Source: Candidatus Margulisiibacteriota bacterium
GTDB lineage: Bacteria; Margulisbacteria; Marinamargulisbacteria; JBFWNS01
DNA length: 64,000 bases
NCBI GenBank assembly: GCA_050250935.1
Contig: JBFWNS010000003.1
Span: 64,001-128,000 of the forward strand
Direction of reading: 5' to 3'
In this document: positions 28,289 to 37,439 of the stretch, piece after piece
How the letters are laid out: each line of letters begins with the position of its first letter
How positions within the stretch are numbered: the first letter of the stretch is position 1
Position numbers and translations under genes: made by a program
Notes under the pieces: generated by a model
What the model saw: only the letters and a program-made list of their open reading frames with translations
What the model was told of the DNA's origin: nothing
Database searches by the model: none

Positions 28289-29026
28289 ATGGCCCAAGAA
28301 CTGACTCTGATCGACCACATTCGCGAGCTTCGAAAACGACTGATTTTGTCCGTGGTGGCTGTTTTGGTGTGCAGTGTGGTGGCCTTTTTACTTTACGATA
28401 CCATCATTGCCATGTTGATGCGTCCCTTTCGGACCTTGCCTGGTGCCATGGACCAATACCGCCTCTACATTACTTCGATTTTTGAAGGGTTTGTCACCGA
28501 AATTAAATTGTCCCTTATTTTTGGGTGTATCATTAGCATTCCGGTGCATGTTTACAATGCCATTCGGTTTTTATTCCCTGCTTTGTCCTCCAAAGAGCGA
28601 AAATTGTTTGGCTATTCGCTGTTTGCTAGCTTATTACTGGGTCTTTTTGGGTTTTATTTGGTCTATTTTAAACTCATTCCCTATTCTTTAAAGTTTGTGA
28701 CCAGCGCCAGTTTTATTCCGAATCATGTTGGCTTGTTGTTGAATTTTACCCAAAACATTTTTTATATTTTGGATTTGCTATTGGGGGCGATAGTGTTGTT
28801 CCAATTTCCCATTGTTTTGGAAATTTTATTGTATTTGAATATCGTGACCCGAAAAGCCCTTTTGAAATCGGGTCGATACGTGATTGTTTTGATTTTTGTG
28901 GTGGCAGGCATTATCACGCCGACCCCAGACGCCGTGGCCCAATTGGGATTGGCCGTGCCCATGATCGCGCTTTATTATTTGACCATTTTAATTGCTAAAA
29001 TCTTTGGGTTTGGGGAGTCGACCTAA
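28289..29026 (+). CDS. tatC: Twin-arginine translocase TatC
   Basis: DHIRELRKRL, FLFPAL, FQFPI, AGIITPTPD. Confidence 0.95.
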   Translation: MAQELTLIDHIRELRKRLILSVVAVLVCSVVAFLLYDTIIAMLMRPFRTLPGAMDQYRLYITSIFEGFVTEIKLSLIFGCIISIPVHVYNAIRFLFPALSSKERKLFGYSLFASLLLGLFGFYLVYFKLIPYSLKFVTSASFIPNHVGLLLNFTQNIFYILDLLLGAIVLFQFPIVLEILLYLNIVTRKALLKSGRYVIVLIFVVAGIITPTPDAVAQLGLAVPMIALYYLTILIAKIFGFGEST

Positions 29027-29211
29027 TGTTTGGACTGGGTGGTTCGGAAATCTTGGTGATTGTGATGGTGGCTGTGCTCTTAATCAAGCCCGAAGACCTG
29101 CCTATTGCCCTTAAAAAGGCTGGGGAGTTGTACGGAAAGTGTTATCGGGCGTATCATGCCTTCTTGCACGAGTTCGAGACCATGGTGGATACAGATTCGT
29201 TCGAAAAATAA
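29026..29211 (+). CDS. tatB: TatB/TatA-family subunit
   Basis: MFGLGGSEILVI..LIKPEDLP. Confidence 0.75.
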   Translation: MFGLGGSEILVIVMVAVLLIKPEDLPIALKKAGELYGKCYRAYHAFLHEFETMVDTDSFEK

Positions 29212-29231
29212 TCCAGTAAAGGAGTTGTAGG

Positions 29232-29411
29232 ATGGGTACTCAGGAAATATTGGTCGTTGTTGTGGTTGTTATGATTTTGTTTGGTTCTGCGGCCATTCCA
29301 AAATTTGCAAGGTCTTTGGGTCAAGCCAAATCTGAATTTGAAAAAGGCTTTAAATCGGGTCTTAAAGACGACGAAAAAGACGCCAAAAAAGACGAAGAAA
29401 AGAAGGCCTAG
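29232..29411 (+). CDS. tatA: TatA subunit (59 aa, below the ORF-track cutoff)
   Basis: Manual translation MGTQEILVVVVVVMILFGSAAIPKFARSLGQAKSEFEKG...; AAAGGAG RBS. Confidence 0.9.
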   Translation: MGTQEILVVVVVVMILFGSAAIPKFARSLGQAKSEFEKGFKSGLKDDEKDAKKDEEKKA

Positions 29412-30586
29412 GGTTTTTTAGGGGGGGAAAGTACTCTTAGCAGCAGGATGGCGGTCTGAAGAACAGAGCCATTCTTGCCTTCGACAATCGTGTCGCCGGC
29501 CTTGTTGTAAAGGGTAAAGCTTCGGTGGGTACTGCCAATGTTTTGGCTGTGATTGGCCACCATAAAATCGGTGTTTTTGCTTGCCATTTTTTGAAGGGCC
29601 ACGGTTTTAAGGTCTTGGTCTTCCAGGCAAAAGCCCACAATCGTTTGAGTAGTTTTTTTACGTTGGCCTAGCTTGGCCAAAATATCGGAAGTGCCGTGTA
29701 GATTCAGGGTTAGGTTGGCTTGTCGTTTGAGTTTTTGAGACGAGGGCTCGGCTTTAAAATCGGATATTGCCGCCGTCATGAACAGCATATCGGCGGTTTC
29801 AAACGCAAGTCCCAGGGCTTTTTCCATGTCGTCGACGGTTTCCACCGCCTGATGCTGGACCTTGGGATTGGGAATGCGTGGGGGAGTGGTCGAGACCAAC
29901 ACCACATCGGCGCCAAAAACGGTGGCCACATGGGCCAAGGTTTCGCCGAGTTGGCCGGTTCCTCGGTTGGTTATCAATCGCACGGCATCGATGGGCTCTT
30001 TGGTGCCCCCTGCTGAAATCAGGATTTTTTGTCCGGCCAGCGTGTGTGGGGGATCGGTTTCTAGAAGCACTTCGATGGCCAGTGCAATCAGGTCTGGGCT
30101 GACCATCCGACCTTCGCCGGTATCGCCACAGGCCAAGTCGCCCCGATCGGGTCCCAAAACCTGGACGCCGTGTTGGCGAAGAATGGCAATGTTGCTTTGG
30201 GTAATGGGATTGGTCCACATTTCGGAGTGCATGGCCGGAACCACCAGCTTCGGACCTTGAAAAGCCAAAAACGTGCTGGAAAGCACATCGTCAGCCAGGC
30301 CATGGGCAAATTTGGCCAGACAATTGGCCGTGGCTGGGGCAACCACCATCATGGCGGCTTCCCGCCCTACAGACAAATGGGCCATGGGATGTTCAAACGA
30401 ATGGGTGGTGGTAATGGGGGCCGTTTCGGCCAGGGTGTGTAGGGCAGTGGGGGTAACAAATTGAAGGGCTGCATCGGTTAGCAGGGGGGTAATGTCCCAC
30501 TGCTTTTTTCGCAAAAGGCGAATCAGTTCTGGGGTTTTAACGGCGGCGATGCTACCGGAAATGCCCAGCAAAATCCGTGGCGACAT
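29408..30586 (-). CDS. coaBC: Bifunctional phosphopantothenoylcysteine decarboxylase/ligase
   Basis: GISGSIAA, APATAN, PAMH, LACGDTGEGR, GGTKEPIDAVR, AAISDF. Confidence 0.95.
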   Translation of the reverse strand: MSPRILLGISGSIAAVKTPELIRLLRKKQWDITPLLTDAALQFVTPTALHTLAETAPITTTHSFEHPMAHLSVGREAAMMVVAPATANCLAKFAHGLADDVLSSTFLAFQGPKLVVPAMHSEMWTNPITQSNIAILRQHGVQVLGPDRGDLACGDTGEGRMVSPDLIALAIEVLLETDPPHTLAGQKILISAGGTKEPIDAVRLITNRGTGQLGETLAHVATVFGADVVLVSTTPPRIPNPKVQHQAVETVDDMEKALGLAFETADMLFMTAAISDFKAEPSSQKLKRQANLTLNLHGTSDILAKLGQRKKTTQTIVGFCLEDQDLKTVALQKMASKNTDFMVANHSQNIGSTHRSFTLYNKAGDTIVEGKNGSVLQTAILLLRVLSPPKKP

Positions 30587-30960
30587 TAGGCCGCCAGGGA
30601 TTTGGATTTGCTTTTTTTGCTGTCTTTGTCTTTGGATTTTTTGTCGTCGTCTTCAGCGCCTGCAGAGGCTACTTCTGAAGCTATCGCGTCTTCCAACAAC
30701 ACATCGTCGATGTCTTCGAACAATTCTTCGGCGGGTTGGTGTTCGTCCCGAACGGCAATGTGAATTTTTTCTGCGTCAATTTCGCGAAGGGCGGTTAATA
30801 CAGGAACCGGATCTTCGTCGGTGCTTACCAAGGGTTTGCCGCCTTCTTTAAGGAAGCGGGCCCGCTTGGCTGCGGCCATGGCCAGCATGAAACGGTTGGG
30901 GATTTTTTCTAGCAAGCTGGTGATGCTGGCTTCGGATTTTGGGGATTTTGAATTTGACAT
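30586..30960 (-). CDS. rpoZ: RNA polymerase omega subunit with C-terminal extension
   Basis: NRFMLAMAAAKRAR, PVLTALREI; gmk-rpoZ-coaBC synteny. Confidence 0.9.
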   Translation of the reverse strand: MSNSKSPKSEASITSLLEKIPNRFMLAMAAAKRARFLKEGGKPLVSTDEDPVPVLTALREIDAEKIHIAVRDEHQPAEELFEDIDDVLLEDAIASEVASAGAEDDDKKSKDKDSKKSKSKSLAA

Positions 30961-30999
30961 AGCGTGGGTTTAGCCTCCTGATGGTAACGACTGAACGGG

Positions 31000-31587
31000 C
31001 TAGTATAGCGAGTTGCTGGGTCTCTGACAAGAATCGATCGTTATTATTAAGTCTTGTAAACAGGTTTCCAAATCGTCGTTAATCAAACTGGTTTCAAAAA
31101 AAACTTGGTCTTGGAGCTCGTTTTTGGCTGCCTCGAGGCGTTTGTTTAGGGCTTCTGGGGTTTCTGTATTTCGGGTTTGAAGACGGTGTTGAAGGGCTTC
31201 CATCGAAGGTGGGGCGATAAAGATGCTGTGAACATCAAAGGCCGAAAATACCTTTTTGGCCCCTTGGGTGTCGATTTCTAAGATCAATATTTCGTCGGGG
31301 GTTTTGGGGGTAAATTCGCTTTTTAGGGTGCCATAGCGGTGTTGGTGGACGGGGCACCATTCGATAAAGTCGTTGTTTTGAACCGCGGCATCAAAAGCGG
31401 CTTCGGATAAAAACCAATAGTCTTTTCCATTGACTTCGCCGGGACGGGGTGCGCGGGTGGTGGCCGAAATCGAAAGGCGGTACTGGGGTTTTTGGGCCAA
31501 AAGTCGTTTGATCAACGTACCTTTGCCAACACCAGAGGGGCCGGAGATGACCCAAACATGTGGAAAAGCTGGTTTTGAGAGGTTCAT
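31000..31587 (-). CDS. gmk: Guanylate kinase
   Basis: SGPSGVGKGT, SATTRAPRPGE, YGT, LEIDTQG. Confidence 0.96.
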   Translation of the reverse strand: MNLSKPAFPHVWVISGPSGVGKGTLIKRLLAQKPQYRLSISATTRAPRPGEVNGKDYWFLSEAAFDAAVQNNDFIEWCPVHQHRYGTLKSEFTPKTPDEILILEIDTQGAKKVFSAFDVHSIFIAPPSMEALQHRLQTRNTETPEALNKRLEAAKNELQDQVFFETSLINDDLETCLQDLIITIDSCQRPSNSLY

Positions 31588-31596
31588 GTTTCGGTC

Positions 31597-31625
31597 AGTG
31601 TAGCGATCCTTCGAGGTTTCTGCAA
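31597..31625 (-). promoter_or_regulatory. sigma70 promoter of gmk
   Basis: TTGCAG-N17-TACACT, 9 nt before the ATG. Confidence 0.55.
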
Positions 31626-31757
31626 TTTTTTTTGAGTTTGGTCGATAACTCTATGTTTGCTGTGCTTTTTAGATTCTTTTAATGAACTGATATGATGTCT
31701 TTTCCTATCACTTAAGAAAAAGATAAAGAATCACACTAAAAAAGGGAGTCTAAAAAC

Positions 31758-32408
31758 ATGCGCGCACGACAACAGTTCTTTGTAGGTTTGATGATAGTGA
31801 GTAGTTGGGCTTTGCTTTTGCCGGCTACACCTGTTTATTGTGGTGATGAACCCGATGCGTCTGTGGTGGTCTATGAATCGACCCTAAACAAGTTGATGGC
31901 TGCCATTGGTGCTGTCCACGGAGAAGGTAAATTCAGCCAAGCGGTGATGAATTTGGCCTATACCTGGGACGTAACCAACCCTCGGGTGGAATTGTTGCAG
32001 GATCGCGCGTTGTTTAAAGCCGATGCTGTCGTCAAAGTTGGCGGGCTGGCCTATCCATCGCGGGTAGAAGGCGAAATGGCTGTGGCCTATTTGGAAGAGA
32101 CGAATCGCATTACGGTCAAACTCAGCAAAGCCATTGTTGGGGTTTATACCGAGTTGTTTGGCAACAAGGTTCACATCGCCGATGTGGATATTGCCCGGTT
32201 CTACCGACCCGAATTCGAATTTCCTGGCCCCCAAACCCTTCAAACCACCATCAAACTGTCTGTTCCTGGGAATGCCTCCAAATTGATTGCGGTGAAATCC
32301 CTGAACAAATCCCTTAAAATTGAACCTAAAAAAATCTCTGTGTTAACCCATTTCGAATTTTCAGAAAAACTGCCCGAAAAACCAAGCCCGAACGAAGCTT
32401 TAAAATAA
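31758..32408 (+). CDS. Hypothetical exported beta-rich protein
   Basis: Signal-peptide-like N-terminus, GGGAG RBS. Confidence 0.75.
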   Translation: MRARQQFFVGLMIVSSWALLLPATPVYCGDEPDASVVVYESTLNKLMAAIGAVHGEGKFSQAVMNLAYTWDVTNPRVELLQDRALFKADAVVKVGGLAYPSRVEGEMAVAYLEETNRITVKLSKAIVGVYTELFGNKVHIADVDIARFYRPEFEFPGPQTLQTTIKLSVPGNASKLIAVKSLNKSLKIEPKKISVLTHFEFSEKLPEKPSPNEALK

Positions 32409-32426
32409 AAAGGAGCCAACGTTAAA

Positions 32427-35036
32427 ATGTCGATAGCTTTTAAATTGATTGCGGGTGTTCGGGTTGGGGTATTACCCATGGGTTGGGATGATGCTTCGGT
32501 GATTAGTCTTTCAGATTCGTTGAGAAGCCACGGCCCGTATTCTGGTTTTACAACTAGGGTTTTTGCTGAAGACTCTTTGCTTAGGCGTGAGTACCTCGGT
32601 CTGGTTGCTGAAAAATATCCAGCTGAACTTTTTGATCGTCGAGAAACCAAGGGCGCAGAAAAATGGGATTTGAAGCAGTTTTTAGCAACTGTTGAAAAAG
32701 ATCCTTATCAAGCCTTGACTCGGCTCATTCACCATATGGTTAATTCAATTTTGAAGCGGGACGAGTATTCGAAGTTGTTGGTAGAGTTGGGTACGAGGGA
32801 TTCTATAAATGTCAAAAAATTTGTTAAAGATTTTGCAGAGGCTTGCCCCTTATTTCCGAAGTCGGTTTTCAGCGAATACAACCTAGGGCCTTCTTTGCAT
32901 CAAGTTTGGCATCATGTTTCAGATTCTAATTCTAATCACTTTGTTTTATTGTTTTGTAATCCCCCAGTCTTCGATGCAAATACGGCATTCTTGATGGTGC
33001 AGAGGTTGCTTGAAAATCCTCTTGTTCCCTTTGCGACGGATGCTGAATTTTATGTTGCCCTGTTGCAGGTGTGTACCCAAGGTTCAGCAGATCAACTTGC
33101 TAGCTTTTTAGAAAAAACAAAAGATATTGTGGTTTCTCAATCTGGGGCTTCTGCTGGGACTGAAGTTGTGGTTTCCCCAGGTGCTGACTCGGATTCTCGG
33201 GATTTAAGTTCGACTATAGAGTCGTCTTCTGCCCCTCCTGCTGGTTCTTTAAATAGGCTTCAGAAGAATGGTAAGACCTTGTCGGTTTTAACTGTTTTAT
33301 GTGACTTGATTAAAACGAATCAAATGACTGATCAGGATAAAATTGGAGCTGTCCTGATGTTTCTTTTGAAGGAGTGTACAGTAAGTCCTCTTGCTAAACC
33401 ATTTTTCGCTCGAACTGGGCCTCTGTTTAATCGAATTCCCTTAGATCAATTTGTGAGCGTTTTTCTAGAGAGTGGGCATTCTGCGAGACAACCTGAACTC
33501 GCTTTGTTTGCACAATTGCCGGACCGAAACTTTTCAACAATTTTTACAAGGGATGCTGTTCAAGCGTTTAAAGTAAGGCACCCTGAGATTTTTAATGCAC
33601 TTGTTCAGCGCCAAATTGATGCTGAACGTAGGCTGATTTTGGCTTCTGAATTCCCTAATCACTGCGATTTTGAACTTCAATTCCCCAATGGCACTGCACG
33701 CCTTGACAGGACAATCTTATTCGGTCAACGTCTTTTGGAATTTCAAGAGAGGCACGAAAAACTGCAAGCGGAGGCTCAGAAACTAAATGGGGGTCTTTTA
33801 CATTTGAGTATTTTAATGAGTCAAGCTGCCCGTAAAGTTTTTGATGTTCGTAGAGAGTTGCTTCATGTTGATGTTACCGAACAAGATACGACTCGCCTAC
33901 AATCTGTGCTGACAGCCTTTGAAGCAGCGAAATTTGCTTATGAATCAAGTGCGAAGGATATTAGAGATGCTAAGTCTGAATTGTTGCGTTTGGAACGGGC
34001 CATTGAGCTTATTTGTACTAAAATGGATTCAGATGCCTTCCTAGCCAACCCCTTGTTCCAAGCGTTGGTGAGGCTGGATGAAAACCTTCAGCCAATTTTT
34101 GGTATTCCAGAAGCGGAAGCTCTCGTATCCGTTGCTAGTGAACAAGCGGCTGGGGCTTTACACCGTGATGCACCACCCAGCCCGCCAGCTGTAGCCGCTA
34201 CAGTTGCCGCTGCTGCGCCTGCTGATGGGGATGCTACTTCGCAAACATCATCTGAACCATCGTTACAGTCCGATTCTGCACATGGACAGGTTGTGTCAGA
34301 ACGATTTAGAAATCTCCAACTCCTTTTGAGAAATATTTGTTTTGAAACGAGCACTGATTTTTTGATGAGGCTAGCCCGAGTTTTGGTCGATGCGGGGTAC
34401 TCTGTGAATGATCTTACCGATTATGCCGGGGTTTTGTCGGGGGATAAAATCTGTGTGTGCATGGGACTACTGGAAAGAAATCGTAAGTTAAAAGGTGACA
34501 TTGATTCGCTCATCAACCAAATACAGCGTTTGGAGAAAGAGATAGCTCAGTATGATTTGGAGACTTCGCTTTTAGCTCAGCTTTTGCCCCTTCGAGAACA
34601 TGTCGGCAAGTTGAGTGATTCAGAAGGTTATATGACTAGGGATAATGTTGATGGGTTAAATCGTCAATTTTCTGAGTTGAAAGTACCCGATAAATACATT
34701 GCTTCTTCTACAACAAAAAATATCGATTTAAGCAATAAGTCTGAGTCTGAATTGATTGAGTTACTAGGACAATTAGTAGTCCAAAAGGAGGCGTTAGATA
34801 AACTAAAATTAGCGCAGTCACCGCGTGATGCAAGTTATAGTGATATTTGGCAAGTGACACAGGGACTAATTTTGGGATTGTGGATGCGTATTCCGCAGTC
34901 GCAGGTTCAGGCTGCCGCGGCGACTTTGCCAGCAATGGGTGTACATCCTCCTTTGAATCAGTTACCAAAATCTGCTGCTGTTGCTCGGGCCGCTGTCGCC
35001 GCTGCCACCGCCGCCGCCGCCGCCGCCCGGCGTTAA
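32427..35036 (+). CDS. Hypothetical 869-aa coiled-coil protein, poly-Ala/Arg C-terminus
   Basis: Long ORF with AAGGAG RBS. Confidence 0.85.
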   Translation: MSIAFKLIAGVRVGVLPMGWDDASVISLSDSLRSHGPYSGFTTRVFAEDSLLRREYLGLVAEKYPAELFDRRETKGAEKWDLKQFLATVEKDPYQALTRLIHHMVNSILKRDEYSKLLVELGTRDSINVKKFVKDFAEACPLFPKSVFSEYNLGPSLHQVWHHVSDSNSNHFVLLFCNPPVFDANTAFLMVQRLLENPLVPFATDAEFYVALLQVCTQGSADQLASFLEKTKDIVVSQSGASAGTEVVVSPGADSDSRDLSSTIESSSAPPAGSLNRLQKNGKTLSVLTVLCDLIKTNQMTDQDKIGAVLMFLLKECTVSPLAKPFFARTGPLFNRIPLDQFVSVFLESGHSARQPELALFAQLPDRNFSTIFTRDAVQAFKVRHPEIFNALVQRQIDAERRLILASEFPNHCDFELQFPNGTARLDRTILFGQRLLEFQERHEKLQAEAQKLNGGLLHLSILMSQAARKVFDVRRELLHVDVTEQDTTRLQSVLTAFEAAKFAYESSAKDIRDAKSELLRLERAIELICTKMDSDAFLANPLFQALVRLDENLQPIFGIPEAEALVSVASEQAAGALHRDAPPSPPAVAATVAAAAPADGDATSQTSSEPSLQSDSAHGQVVSERFRNLQLLLRNICFETSTDFLMRLARVLVDAGYSVNDLTDYAGVLSGDKICVCMGLLERNRKLKGDIDSLINQIQRLEKEIAQYDLETSLLAQLLPLREHVGKLSDSEGYMTRDNVDGLNRQFSELKVPDKYIASSTTKNIDLSNKSESELIELLGQLVVQKEALDKLKLAQSPRDASYSDIWQVTQGLILGLWMRIPQSQVQAAAATLPAMGVHPPLNQLPKSAAVARAAVAAATAAAAAARR

Positions 35037-35114
35037 AGGAAGTATAGTGTTAAGTACGTGTTGGTAAGGTCTGTTTTAGAGTAAAAAATTTTGTTTTAGA
35101 GGAGTACATACATA

Positions 35115-37427
35115 ATGTTCATTCGAAAATTAATTGCGAGTCCGACGGTCCAGACGGTTCTTGAATTCAGAGACGATTTGGAGAGCGACTATGAACTTGC
35201 AATTGCTCAGTCTCGAACGGTCTTGGAGTTATTTAATGGTGCTTACGCTAGCCTTATTGCGGTTGGGAGCTTGGTTCAATCTAAAGTCGAATTTGTAGAT
35301 GTTGATCTTAATGAACACGCGCAGGGGCTTTTACAACCTAAATATGATGAGTTGTTAGTCTTTGTAGTTTCCCTTATGCAAAGTTTAGAAGCGATGCAAG
35401 AGGTCTTTGGAACAACAGATGCTGCTGAAGTCGCTACAAACGTTGCAAAAATCACAACTGCTTTGAGCGATATGGATCGGGTGTTAGGTCGCTTGACTAC
35501 TCCTCGAATAACGACTCGCGATGATTCTGCTGCGGGTTCAGCAGACGCTGAGTCTGTTGACGACGATTCTGATGCGGGTTCAGCAGAGCGTGTTGATGGC
35601 GATGATGATGTTTCTAGATCTTCTGGTGATGCTGGCACATCGCCCGATTTTCAGGATATTGCTAAAAGAGCGCAGCAATTTCTCCAGACGGTGGTTGATA
35701 ATATAGCTGGTTTGGTAAATAAACTGCTGCCCCCTGGAGCTGAACGAGCTGAACTTCTTGAACGCCTTCAAACCATTTTGACTTCTTTGAGTAAATGGAG
35801 CGGTGGTTTGGAAACAGTCTTGGGAAGAAATGACTTTTTTACAAACCCTGATGCGGTTGCTTCGGATTTAACCGCGTTGGATGCTGCACTTACACGCACA
35901 TCTAAAATCGCTGCAGTCCTTGGTGTTAAGCAACCAGATAGAGTTTTCACACGTGCAGAACAGGTGAGGGCCGATGCTGAAGGTGTTGAGAGTGAGGTAA
36001 CCGTCTTATTAGGTGGTCTTGAAACAATCAAAAAAATCGCTGCTGGTTTGGGCTTAGAAACTTCTGGTGAGACTCCCGCTGCCCAAGTGGCGAATCTTGC
36101 CACCCAAATTGATGGCCAGGTGACAGGGGTTAATAAAGACTTTGCCGACCTTTATGCGGTTACCGCAGAAAAAGCAGCCGTTGCTCTGAGGGCCGTGCTT
36201 GAAGAAGTAGTGGGTTCTACTGAGCTGTCTGGAAAAATCGATCAAGCTGTGGCGGCCGGTGTTCGTGCTCAAAATGCTCGATTGGAAATGATATCTGCAG
36301 AAAGAGAGATTGAGCAATTGCAAGCCCAATTAAGGGGTCTTCATGCTGATGAATCAAGTGCCGCTATTAGCGCTAATTTAGAGGCTGCCCAGACGAGGCT
36401 TTCTGATGCTGGAATAGTGGAACGTAGTGCTGTTCAAGCGAGTTTGGATGCAGGTGTTCAAACCGCTGCTGGGGTAACACATGCTGCTGCCGCCAAAAAA
36501 ATTGTTGATGCGTTGGTGCACGCCCAAGTCGCGAAAGAACGTGCTAATAGTGAGCCTACTATAGCGCGTCAGGCTGCAGAGGTTTCTGCAGAAGCGTCTC
36601 AAGCGGCATTGGAGGCTGTAAGGGGTCATTTGTCTAAAGACACGTTTGAGCAAAGGGATTCTATCAGAGGGCTTAAAGATTTGGTTAGGTATGCAATCAT
36701 TCTTACCAGAGGAGGTGATGCAAAAGGTCTGACCCCACTTCTTAGGGAAGTCGTTACTTTGTTGAACCAGAAAGATGTTGATTTGCAAGTTCTTCAAGGA
36801 GAGCTGGTTCGAGCCGAAACTGCCTTGGAAAGCGTTGAAACTGAATTAAGATCCGCATTACATAAAGATGAAACTGATAATACAGATGCACCTGCTCTTG
36901 CTACACAAGTCAATGCTAAGCTAAAAGAACTAGAAGACCGTTTAACAGACATCACGATTAAGCTGAAAGTACTTGCAGATAAAACACAAGGCGAGATAGA
37001 TCCACTTCTTGAAGAATTGGGTGTTCAAAAAGCCGCTGTAATAAGCTTGTTTGGGGTAACCCCAGCACAATTGGTAGAAGGACAATCAAATTATGAAGCT
37101 ATCCTTGCTAATCTGCAAACGCTGTATAGATCCACTTTTGGATCGGTAGCAGAAGTTCCAAAAACCAGAATAGCAATTTTGATGGCGTTGTTAACGGAGC
37201 TTAACCATCACGTGAAAGAGGTAAGAGAGTTTTTTGAAATCCCCGACTCTGATTCACTTTGTGGCGGTTTTTCTCGAGAGGTAGCTAAACTGACTCAGCA
37301 TAGTCAGCGCGTTCAGCGGGTAATGCTAAGGACTTCCGCGGTAGTGGGCGCATCAGCTGCTGTTTCAGCAGCTGTTGCTAAAGCTCGTAGTGCTGCGGCT
37401 TCCCCCGCTCGACCAAGTTTGTCTTGA
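35115..37427 (+). CDS. Hypothetical 770-aa coiled-coil protein with acidic repeat and Ala-rich tail
   Basis: Long ORF with AGGAG RBS. Confidence 0.85.
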   Translation: MFIRKLIASPTVQTVLEFRDDLESDYELAIAQSRTVLELFNGAYASLIAVGSLVQSKVEFVDVDLNEHAQGLLQPKYDELLVFVVSLMQSLEAMQEVFGTTDAAEVATNVAKITTALSDMDRVLGRLTTPRITTRDDSAAGSADAESVDDDSDAGSAERVDGDDDVSRSSGDAGTSPDFQDIAKRAQQFLQTVVDNIAGLVNKLLPPGAERAELLERLQTILTSLSKWSGGLETVLGRNDFFTNPDAVASDLTALDAALTRTSKIAAVLGVKQPDRVFTRAEQVRADAEGVESEVTVLLGGLETIKKIAAGLGLETSGETPAAQVANLATQIDGQVTGVNKDFADLYAVTAEKAAVALRAVLEEVVGSTELSGKIDQAVAAGVRAQNARLEMISAEREIEQLQAQLRGLHADESSAAISANLEAAQTRLSDAGIVERSAVQASLDAGVQTAAGVTHAAAAKKIVDALVHAQVAKERANSEPTIARQAAEVSAEASQAALEAVRGHLSKDTFEQRDSIRGLKDLVRYAIILTRGGDAKGLTPLLREVVTLLNQKDVDLQVLQGELVRAETALESVETELRSALHKDETDNTDAPALATQVNAKLKELEDRLTDITIKLKVLADKTQGEIDPLLEELGVQKAAVISLFGVTPAQLVEGQSNYEAILANLQTLYRSTFGSVAEVPKTRIAILMALLTELNHHVKEVREFFEIPDSDSLCGGFSREVAKLTQHSQRVQRVMLRTSAVVGASAAVSAAVAKARSAAASPARPSLS

Positions 37428-37439
37428 TAAGCAAAGACA

